From the NCBI RefSeq assembly GCF_001194135.2, contig NC_069000.1, positions 33,699,201 to 33,763,200 of the forward strand: DNA of 64,000 nucleotides, read 5' to 3'. How positions within the stretch are numbered: the stretch's first letter is position 1; each line of letters begins with the position of its first letter. Below the pieces are notes generated by a model, which did no database searches, was not told the origin of the DNA, and worked only from the letters and a program-made list of their open reading frames with translations. Source of the stretch: Octopus bimaculoides (Eukaryota). This document shows positions 1 through 12,225 of the stretch, one piece after another. A program made the position numbers and the translations under genes.

Positions 1-220
1 TGTATGCATGTTTGTGTGCCTGTGTTTGTCCACCCAACATCGCTTGACAACCGATGGTGGTGTGTTTACGTCTCCGTAACTTAGCAATTCGGCAAAACAG
101 ACCGATAAAATAAGTACTAGCTTTCAAAGAATAAGTTCTGGAATCGATTTGCTCGACTGAAGGCGGTGCTCCAGCATGGCCGCAGCCAAATGACCGAAAC
201 AAATAAAAGAATAAAAGAAT
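1..220 (+). mobile_element. SINE 3' body (family ending ...GGCGGTGCTCCAGCATGGCCGCAGTCAAATGACTGAAACAAGTAAAAG). Further copies at ~19820-20017(-), 29420-29560(+), 41403-41540(+), 51160-51370(-), 52575-52710(-), 59110-59310(-), 60090-60300(+)
   Basis: The same ~200-bp block recurs at least 8 times in both orientations; non-coding. Confidence 0.8.
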
Positions 221-309
221 ATCATCTGTGCAGGATGCTCAGCAAGAAATTGCAGAACCGTCTTTCTCGGACTCGAGAGACTACAATCACCATCATCATC
301 ATTATTATC

Positions 310-500
310 ATCACGCGCTTTTTCCCTGCACTGCCGAGCGCAGTTCTGTGTGTCTTAGGTACGTGCTGTGGTTATCGTAGTACTCTTATTTTCTTTGTGT
401 TGAAAGTGCTTTACGTAGGATGTGTACAGTGCCTAGTAGTGTTATTTTCTGTTTGTTATATAAATTCGTAGGTCCGGGTGTTTTGTTTATGTATTTGTCT
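310..500 (-). mobile_element. R4/Dong-like non-LTR retrotransposon 3' end fragment
   Basis: Reverse complement matches the ...LLGTAHILRKTLS stop + 3'UTR block at 16730-16900, followed by an ATG/ATA-type simple-repeat tail. Confidence 0.7.
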
Positions 501-1650
501 GCATGTCAATTCCACGAATTTCAATGTCACGAGCAGACTTTTAAAGGGGTTCCTTTATGAACCCCAGCTAAACTCGGAGGTAGGGCCACCCGCCCGCACC
601 AACACTAGGAGGTTGAGTAATCCCACTCTTTTCTTTTCTCTCAACTCTCTCCGGCCAATGGGTTGCATAAATCTATGTGACTTGGGTTCGTCCTGGAAGC
701 AAAATCGTTTACTCAATGACCTCAGGTTACCAGGTTAGGATGTGATAACCGCCAGTGAGACCAAGGTTTCTGTCAAACACACACTAACCTCCATTTTTTG
801 TGACTTTGAGATCTAGGCATCTCTTAGACGTCCTGGAATGGGAGAGGGATGGTAGTGCTAGTTAGGAAAGGCCTAGATTCCGAGGTACGGATGATAATCT
901 TGGATCTGGATGATAACAAGGTTGTGCTTTTAAACTAGTCACAGTGTACACCTTGACTTGAGCGGGGCAGCAGAACTTCTTCAGACCTTTGGAGATTTTT
1001 TTTTTCTTGAGATGTCTCGCTGTTTAATGCTAGTAGAAGATCTGAATGACATCTTGGATGCACGCCTGGATTGGGTGGGGTTAACCGATAGAATGAGGAG
1101 GTGTAAAAGCCTCCTAAATCTACTCAGCTGCTTCAAATAGGCTGACAGGTGCCGAATTTATTTCCCGAATGCACCAATTTGGTCATGGGCAAACAGTATC
1201 GGATCTCCCAGATCGTACCTAGATAACATACTCTGTAGACCAGTAGCGAGGGATCGCGTATGCTGTTCACAATTCAAAGTCGTTGGCTATACAGACCACA
1301 AACTTGTGCTCTGCACTCTCAGTCTAAATACTGGAAACTCAATGCGGCTTTTCTGGCTCTACAAGTTTCAGAGACCGGTTAAACAAGTCAGTTCATCGGA
1401 AGTTATCGGGTGCAATCGTCAACTACCAATGGTAGATAGCTCCGAAAAGGGTTATTAGGGTTGGGACGTTAAGGTTTAGGAAAGAATTAACGTTAGAGGA
1501 ATCTAGAATACAGGGAGACCTAGTTAGGAAATTAGTAGATCCACTTAGCAGAGCCATAGCGACCGATGTGCTCGCGGCATGATTGGCTCTTGATCGATTG
1601 TTCAATGCCAAGCACGAAGGTTGCGTTGTCAGAGCTAGGCTGCATGCACC
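500..1650 (+). mobile_element. Decayed Tx1/L1-like LINE, ORF2 AP-endonuclease region
   Basis: Broken frames read ...VEDLNDILDARLD...CKSLLNLL...PIWSWANSIGSPRSYLDNIL and ...LALDRLFNAKHEGCVVRARL; multiple stops and frameshifts. Confidence 0.7.
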
Positions 1651-2665
1651 AATATATATATGTGTGTGTGTGTGTGTNNNNNNNNNNNNNNNNNNNNNNN
1701 NNNNNNNNNNNNNNNNNNNNNNNNNNNNNNNNNNNNNNNNNNNNNNNNNNNNNNNNNNNNNNNNNNNNNNNNNNNNNNNNNNNNNNNNNNNNNNNNNNNN
1801 NNNNNNNNNNNNNNNNNNNNNNNNNNNNNNNNNNNNNNNNNNNNNNNNNNNNNNNNNNNNNNNNNNNNNNNNNNNNNNNNNNNNNNNNNNNNNNNNNNNN
1901 NNNNNNNNNNNNNNNNNNNNNNNNNNNNNNNNNNNNNNNNNNNNNNNNNNNNNNNNNNNNNNNNNNNNNNNNNNNNNNNNNNNNNNNNNNNNNNNNNNNN
2001 NNNNNNNNNNNNNNNNNNNNNNNNNNNNNNNNNNNNNNNNNNNNNNNNNNNNNNNNNNNNNNNNNNNNNNNNNNNNNNNNNNNNNNNNNNNNNNNNNNNN
2101 NNNNNNNNNNNNNNNNNNNNNNNNNNNNNNNNNNNNNNNNNNNNNNNNNNNNNNNNNNNNNNNNNNNNNNNNNNNNNNNNNNNNNNNNNNNNNNNNNNNN
2201 NNNNNNNNNNNNNNNNNNNNNNNNNNNNNNNNNNNNNNNNNNNNNNNNNNNNNNNNNNNNNNNNNNNNNNNNNNNNNNNNNNNNNNNNNNNNNNNNNNNN
2301 NNNNNNNNNNNNNNNNNNNNNNNNNNNNNNNNNNNNNNNNNNNNNNNNNNNNNNNNNNNNNNNNNNNNNNNNNNNNNNNNNNNNNNNNNNNNNNNNNNNN
2401 NNNNNNNNNNNNNNNNNNNNNNNNNNNNNNNNNNNNNNNNNNNNNNNNNNNNNNNNNNNNNNNNNNNNNNNNNNNNNNNNNNNNNNNNNNNNNNNNNNNN
2501 NNNNNNNNNNNNNNNNNNNNNNNNNNNNNNNNNNNNNNNNNNNNNNNNNNNNNNNNNNNNNNNNNNNNNNNNNNNNNNNNNNNNNNNNNNNNNNNNNNNN
2601 NNNNNNNNNNNNNNNNNNNNNNNNNNNNNNNNNNNNNNNNNNNNNNNNNNNNNNNNNNNNNNNNN

Positions 2666-2698
<33 letters not shown>

Positions 2699-3003
2699 CA
2701 TAATCAAGCATACACGCGTGCGCGCGCACGTGATGAAATTTTAGATATACACGTAGAAATACTGAAAGGAAAAAAGAGAGGGAATGTGTGAAAGAGAGAG
2801 AGAAATGAGGTGGGTGAGAGAAACATTAACATGTCTGATGTCAAGTAGGTCGGCATTAAATCGGCAACACCGAAATGGCTGTGCCGTACCATCTCCTATC
2901 CAGTGTAGTTGTGTTATGTTCTGTGTTTCTTATGACATTATCAATATAATGATCTTCGTTGTCATTCTATTATGAAAGTATAAATATTACCATTGGCTTT
3001 CAG

Positions 3004-3108
3004 GCAAAGCTTCAAATCCAAGAGAAATTGATGAGAAATTCTGAAACATTTGCCGCTCTGCAATATAAGTGTGTTGGAGGTTTTCCTGGAGTATATTATT
3101 TGGTAAAG
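3004..3108 (+). CDS. Stefin A exon 2 (35 codons)
   Basis: ag/gt bounded, open frame, ends YYLVK like stefin exon 2 (NYFIK). Confidence 0.85.
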
Positions 3109-5447
3109 GTAATTGTTGTTACGTATGTTATATATTTATTCCACAATTATTTATATTAAGTTAGTTTTGCATTTTTTGTATTTTTATTTCTGCAGCTCGA
3201 ACAGTCCTTTTTGTCTTATTCATTTTAAATTTGGTTATTCATCCATCCATCCCTCTGTCAGTCCGGCTGTGCGGTTAAGAAGTTTGTTTCCTAGCCACAT
3301 AGGTTTGGGTTCAGCCCCACTGCGCGGCACTTAGGGCAAGTCGTCCAAAGCTTTAATATATTGAGAATGTCATGCAGGTGTTTGTTGTGTAGCACTTATT
3401 TTGCTGTTTGTCCATTTCATTCTCAAAATCTGACTGTGCGGCTGCAGCAGAGACAAAGTAGATGGATTCAGTTGATCTCAGTTCTTTTGAATTTGCTAGA
3501 AGTTCTTAGCAACAAAGCTCAGAAGTAAAGAACTGGCACTTCAAATTGTGTTGCATTTGCATGAGTATTTTAAGGATTTTACAAATATGGAGAACAGTCT
3601 TAATGCTTCACTCTTCAAATTTAACGTTAGCACTGTAATAAATTTGACTGAGAACAATACGATGACCTACCTCGCACGTTTAGAAGTGTATGTATTGTAA
3701 AATAAATAAATCTATCAGTTTGGACAATGATTATTCAATTGTTTTTCCATATAAGTGGCTGAATATTCCTTGGAAATATATATCCTTAATGCAATAACTC
3801 TCATGCAGAATTAGCATGTGACAGTGTGCATCAAGGCTGGAGTTTGAGTTACAGGTACAATTCATCTTAGCAGATTCTACAGTTTTCGACAACCCAAATG
3901 TTTGACACTTAAAGTATTTGACTGTATAAGCATTTTCAGGTGCAATGCCAACATGTTTCTATAGTCTACACCAAATACACGAGCAAGTGACTCTTGTAGA
4001 AACTCTTGTAAAATTCCATGTCCAAATGCCACCTCTAAGTGATCTGAAACTCAAATCAAATATAGCAGGTGTAAAACACAGGAGTAAAGTTTTGGGCAAC
4101 TTACAGAAAGCACATACAGAATTTTATTCGAGTTGATCTAGATTTATATAATCACTTACCAAACACAGTAAGCCAGAGCGCAATCATTATTTCTTTTGAT
4201 GTTATTACTCTAACCATCTATATTCTCCGTGATAATGGAACCAATTTGGAGGCGCAATGGCCCAGTGGTTAGGGCAGCGGACTCGTGGTCATAGGATCGC
4301 GGTTTCGATTCCCAGACCGGGTGTTGTGAGTGTTTATTGAGCGAAAACACCTAAAGCTCCACGAGACTCCGGCAGGGGGTGGTGGTTGTACTCTTTCACC
4401 ACAACTTTCTCTCACTATTTCTTCCTGTTTCTGTTGTACCTGTATTTCAAAGGGCCAGCCTTGTCACACTCTGTGTCACACTGAATATCCCCGAGAACTA
4501 TGTTAAGGGTACACGTGTCTGTGGAGTGAGTGCTCAGCCACTTGCACGTTAATTTCACAATCAGGCTATTCCGTTGATAGGATCAACTGGAACCCTCGAC
4601 GTCTCAGACTATAAAATAATTACTTCCCAAATGATGATTCGACGTGTCATGAAAATTCCCACAAACTAGATAATACTCAAAGAAACTACTCATATATTCA
4701 GAAACACGTTCTACTCGTATCTAAGAGAAAACTTAAAAACATATCTAGATGACTGCTTAATTCTATGGTTGGAGGATCTAAATGAACTAATGAAATTTAA
4801 GAATTATATAAATAATATAAAAGACAAAATATTCAGTTTACAATAGAATTTAATCAGAAAGAACTAGAATTTCTATACATTTTAATCATGTATAAATCTG
4901 GATAAATAGAAACATATCCATTTCATATCCATATATAATTACAGAATACTTACACAAAACACTCCCACATCCGATAGGTGTTGTTCACTTTCCATGAACC
5001 AGGTTAACTCACAAAGTTTTGATCATCCTACAGCTATAGTATGCCAAAATTCCTAGCTAGGGGAGGGAATCCAAAATCTGGTGGTTCGAAAGCAATGTTT
5101 TAAGCACATAGCCATACCTGTACATAGTTTTCCTCTACCAAATCCACTCACAAAGGTTTGGTTGGCCTAAGGCTATAGTAGATAACACATGCCTAACGTG
5201 CTACAGAGAGAGAGAGAGAGTTAACTTTTCATTCATAGAATTATAAACTTTATTGTTGAATCTTAAATATTTCTTTCAAATCTTTTATTATATTCTACAG
5301 ATATATGTTGGAAATGACGAATGTGTTCATGCAATGCTTTCCCTATCGAGCGAGGAATCGAATGGTCTGAATGTGTTTGCAGTAAAGGGTTACATGAGAC
5401 GTGATGACGAATTAGAACCTTTAAAGATAGAACTGCCTGAAAAGTAA
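3004..5447 (+). CDS. Stefin (type-1 cystatin) paralogue A, 5'-partial: join(3004..3108,5301..5447). AKLQIQEKLMRNSETFAALQYKCVGGFPGVYYLVK|IYVGNDECVHAMLSLSSEESNGLNVFAVKGYMRRDDELEPLKIELPEK*
   Basis: tttcag acceptor and AAG|gtaatt donor bound exon 2; ctacag acceptor for exon 3; both phase 0; aligns to paralogues B-D. Exon 1 is not visible (upstream of the window or in gap 1678-2665). Confidence 0.8.
3870..4940 (+). mobile_element. Decayed Penelope-like element RT remnant in stefin A intron 2, split by a SINE
   Basis: FYSLHQIH (FYxLPKIHK-like) and KTYLDDCLILW motifs; homologous to 37200-38520. Confidence 0.7.
4249..4605 (+). mobile_element. Full-length tRNA-derived SINE (GGAGGCGCAATGGCCCAGTGGTTAGGGCAGCGG head). 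Other copies at ~50262-50590(-) and 52088-52470(-)
   Basis: A-box/B-box-like head (TGGCCCAGTGG ... GGTTTCGATTCC); three highly similar copies in the window. Confidence 0.85.
5301..5447 (+). CDS. Stefin A exon 3
   Basis: IYVGNDECVHA...DDELEP resembles stefin VHVGDEDFVHL...DELTYF; AATAAA follows the stop. Confidence 0.85.
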   Translation: MYVGNDECVHAMLSLSSEESNGLNVFAVKGYMRRDDELEPLKIELPEK

Positions 5448-6284
5448 CTCATTTCGAGAAATGTAATTTTAAGAATAAAACATTTAATAAATCTTACAAA
5501 ACTGTAAAGTGAATATTAGTAGTCCAAACATAAATAGGAAACTGTAATACTAAAGCATACATTTTATAGATCTTTATGATTTTCTTTATGATGGTCGGTA
5601 TTTGAATATTGGTACAAAATATAGCATAGAATAAAGCTACTCACAAACTTAATTTGTTTCTTGATTTTGATTCTTGATTGTAACAATATTTCTCACTCAT
5701 TACTTGTTCTCATGATGAATGCCACAAAATACCATTATAGGTAAGTATTGTAGGTCTACCAACACAAAGCCGAGTTTGATTCATGATTGTAGACATTTCT
5801 CTGCAGTCAGACTATTATTATTATATATTTGAGATGTTGTCTTTATCTTAGTTGCTAAGAGTTACCTATGATCATTATCAATGTCATTATTGTTTTATGT
5901 CTGCTTTTCCTGCTGGCATGCATTGGATGGGTTGTCACAATTTAAATCAGTCCCTGTCTAATGTTACTATCCTCATAAATGGTCTGAGTTTGGGTTTGGG
6001 TTTCTATTATTGGATGCCTTTTTCTAATAATTATTTTACAGAGACTACCCTTTGCAGTCTGTCATGCTACGAGCACTAGAGAGGGTGTTATGTCTTTAAC
6101 AAGGGTCCTCATGACCCCGTCTTCTCTCTGTTTGTTTTCTAACCACTTTACATAGTGAACAGAGTAGATTTTATCATCGTATCAACTATAGTGAGGTTGC
6201 CTCGACCCCCTAAGACTAAAGAGTCATCATTGCTCTGATGTGTTTATTTTCTCAGAACAATGTAACTGATGAAGAAAAAACAAT

Positions 6285-7480
6285 CAAAGCCCATAACCTG
6301 GTTAGGGGTTTCTTAGAAGAAAAGCTATGCGTGAAAGTAAAGAAAGCTTTTAACCAAAATTTCAAGAAATATGTCATTGAACTCGGAAAATGCTTCCTCG
6401 ATGACTACTTCATTTTGTTTTCTTGATAAACCAAATGATGATTTACAAATATTTAACATCCTCAACACTCTTCACCCATCTATCAAATTCACGACAGAAA
6501 CTAGTTACAATGACGTACCATTCCCAGACATTCACGTAAAAATACGCAGCTCCAGTCACAACGGATATAGTCTACAAAAAACGGACATACATCAATACTA
6601 GAAGTTCTACTCTTGCCATACTCCACACATCAAAAGGAACATTTTATACAACATGGCAAGACTTATCTGTACAATAGTAGCTAATCCAAAAATACGTCAA
6701 ATTCACCTTAATGAACTCAAAGCCTTTCTAAAAAAACAAAATTAACCCTTAAAATTAATAAATGATATAATTATAAAGGCAATGAAGCTGGACGTCACAC
6801 AACTGAGGACACTAAAGAAAAATATTAAAGAAAATGTTATTCTATTTATCAATACACACAATCCTGGAGTAACCAGGAGTAACCAGGAGTAACCAACATT
6901 TCTCACACTAAAAAAAAACAAAATTACCAATACTCTTACAAAGCCCTAGAATGAAAGATCTGATTGATGGAAAACCTTTTACGAAACCGTATATAACAAC
7001 CCAAAAAGATATCTGAAGAACATCTCGCGAGGGCAAAATTCACATCAAAGAATGATTTAGAATTCTCCGTGAAGGAATGTAGAGATAGAAGATGTGGAAC
7101 ATGTAACAACAACTACAAATATTTGGACAGTGCTTCCCGCATAAAGTTTTTAAATGGATTCTCCATCAAAGTAAATGCAGCTATGAGCTGCTAGACAGAC
7201 ATGGGATCTCATATACTGCATAACCTGCTCCAATTGCAAGGAAAATTATATTGGCGAATATCCAAGAAAAGGAAGTGCACAAGATTTCACTGCGTAAGCA
7301 TCTGGAAATATGCGGAAACGGCAAATTGAAGATCTTTCCCTTCTACAAATGTCCAAGGGATGACCCAAAGCTCCGAAAGGCAATGGAACTATTCTCTTGC
7401 CAAGCGTTTACGAAAACCCACTTATACGAACAAACTGTTATTTTACACTGTGTTTTCCTCCTTCTACCCATCTTTGTCTG
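6285..7480 (+). mobile_element. Decayed Penelope-like element: RT C-terminal part plus GIY-YIG endonuclease
   Basis: NLVRGFLEEKL...FLDDYFI, LNTLHPSIKFT, SCHTPHIKRNILYNMARLICTIV, ECRDRRCGTC, IYCITCSNCKENYIGE; frameshifted. Confidence 0.85.
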
Positions 7481-7554
7481 CTTAAGTTCAAATCATTTGA
7501 GCACTACTCCTACGTGTTTTCTGTATTAAGCATCTCTGGATCTCACCTTTTGAC

Positions 7555-7585
<31 letters not shown>

Positions 7586-7601
7586 ATATATNNNNNNNNN
7601 N

Positions 7602-7635
<34 letters not shown>

Positions 7636-10418
7636 GTATACAACGAACATCTTTCAGTTTCCGTCTACTAAATACAAGGTTTTGGTCGGCCCGAGGCTAT
7701 AGTAGAAGACAACTACCCAAGTTGTCACGCAGTGGGTCTGAACCCGGGACCATGTACATTGGAGATGCATTGTTTAATACAGTTAGTATTCGTGATTAGA
7801 CACAATATCATCCTAAATCCTATCTACGTTTATATGTAGTGAAAAATTAAGTCCATCTCATACATATTATTGTTTCATTTTGATGCAAACCATATGATAG
7901 AAGTCTATTGTTTGCTTATATACAACATGCAGATATATAATCAAATAGTGTTATATACAAAATGAAAATGAAGCGAAAGAAGCTGCTATGTATATATTTA
8001 TTAGTAATGAAATCTTTTTATTACTTATGTTGAAAAGAAAAACACTTGAAGCATATTTATTGTTGTTAAAACAATGAAATATTAATTCTTAGCAAACGCT
8101 AGCAAAGCATGCAACAGATGAATAAGTGAAATTGACAGTAGAGAGCCAGAAGATGAAATATTGCAAGGCAGCTATTAACAGGGTGTTCATTTAATATTAA
8201 AAATAAAAACATTGACAGATGAATGAAGTATATTAATTGAGTACAAAACAGAATGAAACATAAGCTATAGTAATACGAGCGAATACTGCTACTGAAAAGT
8301 TTCCAACACAAAGCATTGTCAGAAACTTAAAGAGGCATAAAACAAAATATTATTAGTAATAAAGAAGCAGGAAGAAAACAACCACTATTAATGATGATAA
8401 ATGTGTAAAAAAAATAAAGCCATTAAAATTGAATATTTTTGAATAGCAAATGAAGTTGCTGGGATATTCGAACATGCAATGTTTGCCAATATAAATTCCA
8501 ATCAGAGATCACTTGTGTTCGTGCATGTGCTACCGGAAGTCCATAACAAACATTTACTTTTAAATAACATTGGAGACATGCGTGCGCGCGCGCGTGTGTA
8601 ACTAATCAGAGCCACTGATCTGTATAGGAAAAAAACAAATGTTTTATATATACCAACCAACAACCACACCACAAACTACTTACAATGTATAGATTGTATA
8701 AGTACCAACCAGAAACCTAATAACAAACCTAAATGCCGTGAGATTGCGTCAGAAGATAAGTATAATATTACCAAGTAATATTATACCAAGTATTCAGTTA
8801 ACGAATCAAATATAAGAGCCTAACCAGAACGACTGACCTATTGTATATTTCCATTAATATCTCCATATCAGCCCACGTGATAGAGAAAAAATATTAATGA
8901 TCTTAAAATGCATAGATTGTATAGATACCAACCAGGAACCTTACCACAAAGCTAAATGCCATGAAATTACGTCAGAAGGTAAGTGTAATATTACTATGTA
9001 TCAAGTTAACTAATCAAATGGCACCTAACCAGATCGACTGACTAATATGGAAAAAAATGTCAACCATGAACCTCGCCACGAACCAGAACGACTGACTAAT
9101 ATGGGGAAAACAAAAAATCAATTTATGTAAATAACATCGCCAATTACTTCACTTATCTAATTAGTGTCATTTATACTTGAGTTACCAACCTGATTGACGT
9201 TAAAAGAGGTGAATAGGATTTAATAGCATTGCTAACACGGTAGGACACCGCATTGATTTATAAAGCATTTAATATACTTTGTAGTTTATTATGGTGACGT
9301 AACTTGACTTATCAGACTTGTCATACATAGTTGCAAGATAATCAAATAGCCATTGCCACGATTCGAACCTACATTGTAGATTTGGTTCTACTATGCATTT
9401 ACTGTCTAATAAGTGCAGCATGGCTGAGTAGTTAAGAAGGTTGTTTTGTAATCACGGTGTTCTGAATTTGATCCCATTGCAAGGTATCTTATACAAATAT
9501 CTTTTCTTGTGTCCCCAATTTGATCCAGGTTTTGTAAATGAGACTGGGTCATCCAAAACTGTGTGGAATCCTGTAAGATAAATTATACGTGTAATTCAAA
9601 GTCCAGCCTTGTTGCAAAATGTCAAATTTTAATTCTGCCAGAGGATAATTACATTAAGGATACTTGTATCCCAGGAATACTCCGACATGTATATGGTAAT
9701 TGAATGAGGGTATTTGATCAAACAAATGAATAGTCATTGTCAAACCTGATAGATCTAATTATTTTATGGTAATTGAATGAGGATATTTGTCAAATCTGAT
9801 AAATTCAATTATCTTCTCATCATGCAAGATATATCGACGTATTTCTCACAGTCAAATTTATTACAGGGCTCACATTATATTTTAAAGAATGCAACATTAA
9901 GAAGGTCGCCCATATTTATAAAACCCTAGAATTACACAAACAAATGCAACACCATTTGAAGTACTAGTCCCTTACTTACTGGCTACGTCGCTAAGTGCTT
10001 CTAATAAATTCAAATGAAATGAGACCAACTGAATACATCTTTCTTGTCTGTGCTGTAGCTCCACATCGAGATTTATGAGAATGACGTGGACAAACGGCAG
10101 AATAAAGGCTTTACAACCAACACCTGCATGACAGTTTCTATCAATTAAGGCTCTGGAAATCCCGAGGGATACCAAAGCCTTACTAAAAGTCACTTACCGT
10201 AAGTGCTGCGCAGTGGGACTGAATCGAAACCAAAGTGGCTAGGAAACAAACTTCATAACCTAAGAGATGGACGAACAGACGGAGAAATGGTCTGATGAAA
10301 AACCAAATATAAAATGAATTAAGAGTGTTTACGCTACATATTAAAAATACAAACAAGTCAAATCAAAACAATATAAATATTTAGGAAGTAAATATATAAC
10401 ATACACAACAACAGTTAC

Positions 10419-10520
10419 CTTTACCAAATAATTTACTCTCTTTACCTCCTGAAACTTATACAGCTTAGAATCAAATTTTTCAAATTCTCTCTCCAATTTC
10501 TCTTCACTTTGCTACTTTGC
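10419..10520 (-). pseudogene. Stefin paralogue E, orphan exon 2 with premature stop: AK*QSEEKLEREFEKFDSKLYKFQEVKRVNYLVK
   Basis: ttccag acceptor and AAG|gtaact donor are intact; 34 codons; TAG at codon 3 (10512-10514). Flanks are homologous to introns of A/B/C; no exon 1 or exon 3 found. Confidence 0.8.
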
Positions 10521-10719
10521 CTGGAAGCTAATGCTAATATTTATAATAGAATGACAAAGAAAATAGTTACATTGATGATATCATAAAAATGGCACAAATA
10601 TAATACAACTAGGTTAGCTATGGAACGTTATGGCGCTGCTTATTTAGCATCGCTGATTCAATTCTTACTTCTTTCACATCAGACATTTTAATGTTTCTCT
10701 CGTTCTCTCGTTTCTGCCA

Positions 10720-10752
<33 letters not shown>

Positions 10753-11001
10753 ATATCTTTAATCATATATCGCTAGGTGTATAAGGAGAAGGAAAGTGTT
10801 TATATGAATCATGTTTAATCAACAAATTGTAAAGTTTCCTTCTCTCCCTCGCTGACTTCTCTCCGGCCCTTTCTCTGTTTGTCTATACCTCTATCTGTTT
10901 GTGTATACTTCTGAATGTGTGAGATTGTGCATATTTGTATATGTGTATGTCTTTGTGTATATAAATATGTGCGTACGTGCATGTGTGTGTGTGTGTGTGT
11001 G

Positions 11002-11350
11002 GCCCCTCAGCGTCGCCAGCTTCTGCAGTAGTGGTTCGAGAGTCAATACGTACAGAAGCGACGAGAGGGGGAATCCCTGACGGACCGAACGTGCAATGTC
11101 GAAGGGTCTTGATAGATGCCCATTGACGCGAACTACCGAACGGATGCCTCTGTACAAGGCAGCCATCCAGCCGCGGAAAACGGGACCGAAGCCGGCCGCT
11201 ATGAGGACAGCCTCCAAGTATTGATGGTCTACCCTATCGAAAGCCTTCGATTGATCCACATTGATCAGGGTCCCACCCATGCCAGGTTCCTTAACTACCT
11301 TGTCTACGATGTAGCGCATCAGATGGAGGTTGTCATGGAGAGACAAAAAG
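11002..11350 (-). mobile_element. Tx1/L1-like LINE reverse transcriptase fragment
   Basis: DQSKAFDRVDHQYL...SVRQGFPLSSLLYVL (RT motifs). Confidence 0.9.
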
Positions 11351-11861
11351 ACAGCCTCCGTTTTTATTGTTGTTTAACTTGAGAAGAAGCACTTTATATC
11401 TAAATTGCCAAAAGACGTTCCGATTGCAAATTGTAGTGATTCAGTTGTTTCATAATTTTCTTCTGGAAACCAAGAAGTACTTAGGCTCTGATCGCTACAT
11501 ATCTCTACAGATTCTCCACAGAATTCAGATAAAATCTACATTACAGTGCCACACACATATCCTGGATGATACAATTACTAATTACTATACATATACAAAC
11601 TTCCCAGATCACACACACATGTTATCCAGCTTATTAACAATAACATATTCAACAGATATTTTGTCGTTTCTTCTAATGATGCAACAACTGCCTCCATTCA
11701 CCGAACTTCTGCAGATATAATTTCAGGTGCATCCCACTTATATCTCTCTCCTCTTTCTGTCACCCTAACTATATAGCATTCACCTCCCATATCCTACACT
11801 AAATATTTCACCCACTTCTCAGAACTGTAATATCTCTAATTCACTCCCCACTTGAATTTTT

Positions 11862-12225
11862 CATGCAGACGACTTGGAAATGTTCAAACTAAACATCAAC
11901 CACACCATTTTGCAAGAGCCTGCGAAGATCAAGTGCACTACACCTACCTCTGCTTGTTTTACTACATTATAAAAGGTAAAACAGAGAGGTACTCGCATAC
12001 TTATTACATTTATACCTTTATTATGACTCCTCCCACCACCTGGAGACATGCAGACGACTTGGAAATGTTCAAACTAAACTAGTCTGCAAGAGCCTGTGAA
12101 GATCAAGTGTATTACACCGGTCTCTGTCTCTTTTTCAAAATTATAAATGAAAAATAGAGACGTATTCGCTTACTTATTACATTTATAATACCTATATTGT
12201 GACTCCCTGCCTGGAGACATGCATT
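11862..12225. repeat. Diverged tandem duplication of a ~185-bp block
   Basis: CATGCAGACGACTTGGAAATGTTCAAACTAAAC...CCTGGAGACATGCA occurs twice in series. Confidence 0.7.

Noticed and set aside
1423-2791. Long ORFs in the track here and at 16864-17679, 19952-20734, 24628-25038, 40808-41461, 46783-47198, 53719-54034, 59693-60290, 63402-63629
   Set aside because: They span N gaps or (CA)n/(TA)n/(AAT)n microsatellites; artefacts.
2831-2905. ATGTCTGATGTCAA|gtaggt as candidate exon 1 of stefin A
   Set aside because: Wrong phase and in-frame stops. The homologous block (34725-34800) lies inside intron 1 of gene C, whose true exon 1 is ~5 kb upstream.
4249-4325. Functional tRNA gene
   Set aside because: The tRNA-like head continues into a SINE body present in three copies.
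8440-8540. Minus-strand IYIG...LHVRISQQL as exon 3 of stefin E
   Set aside because: Needs a frameshift, has no AG acceptor, and the flanks are not homologous to the exon-3 flanks of A-D.
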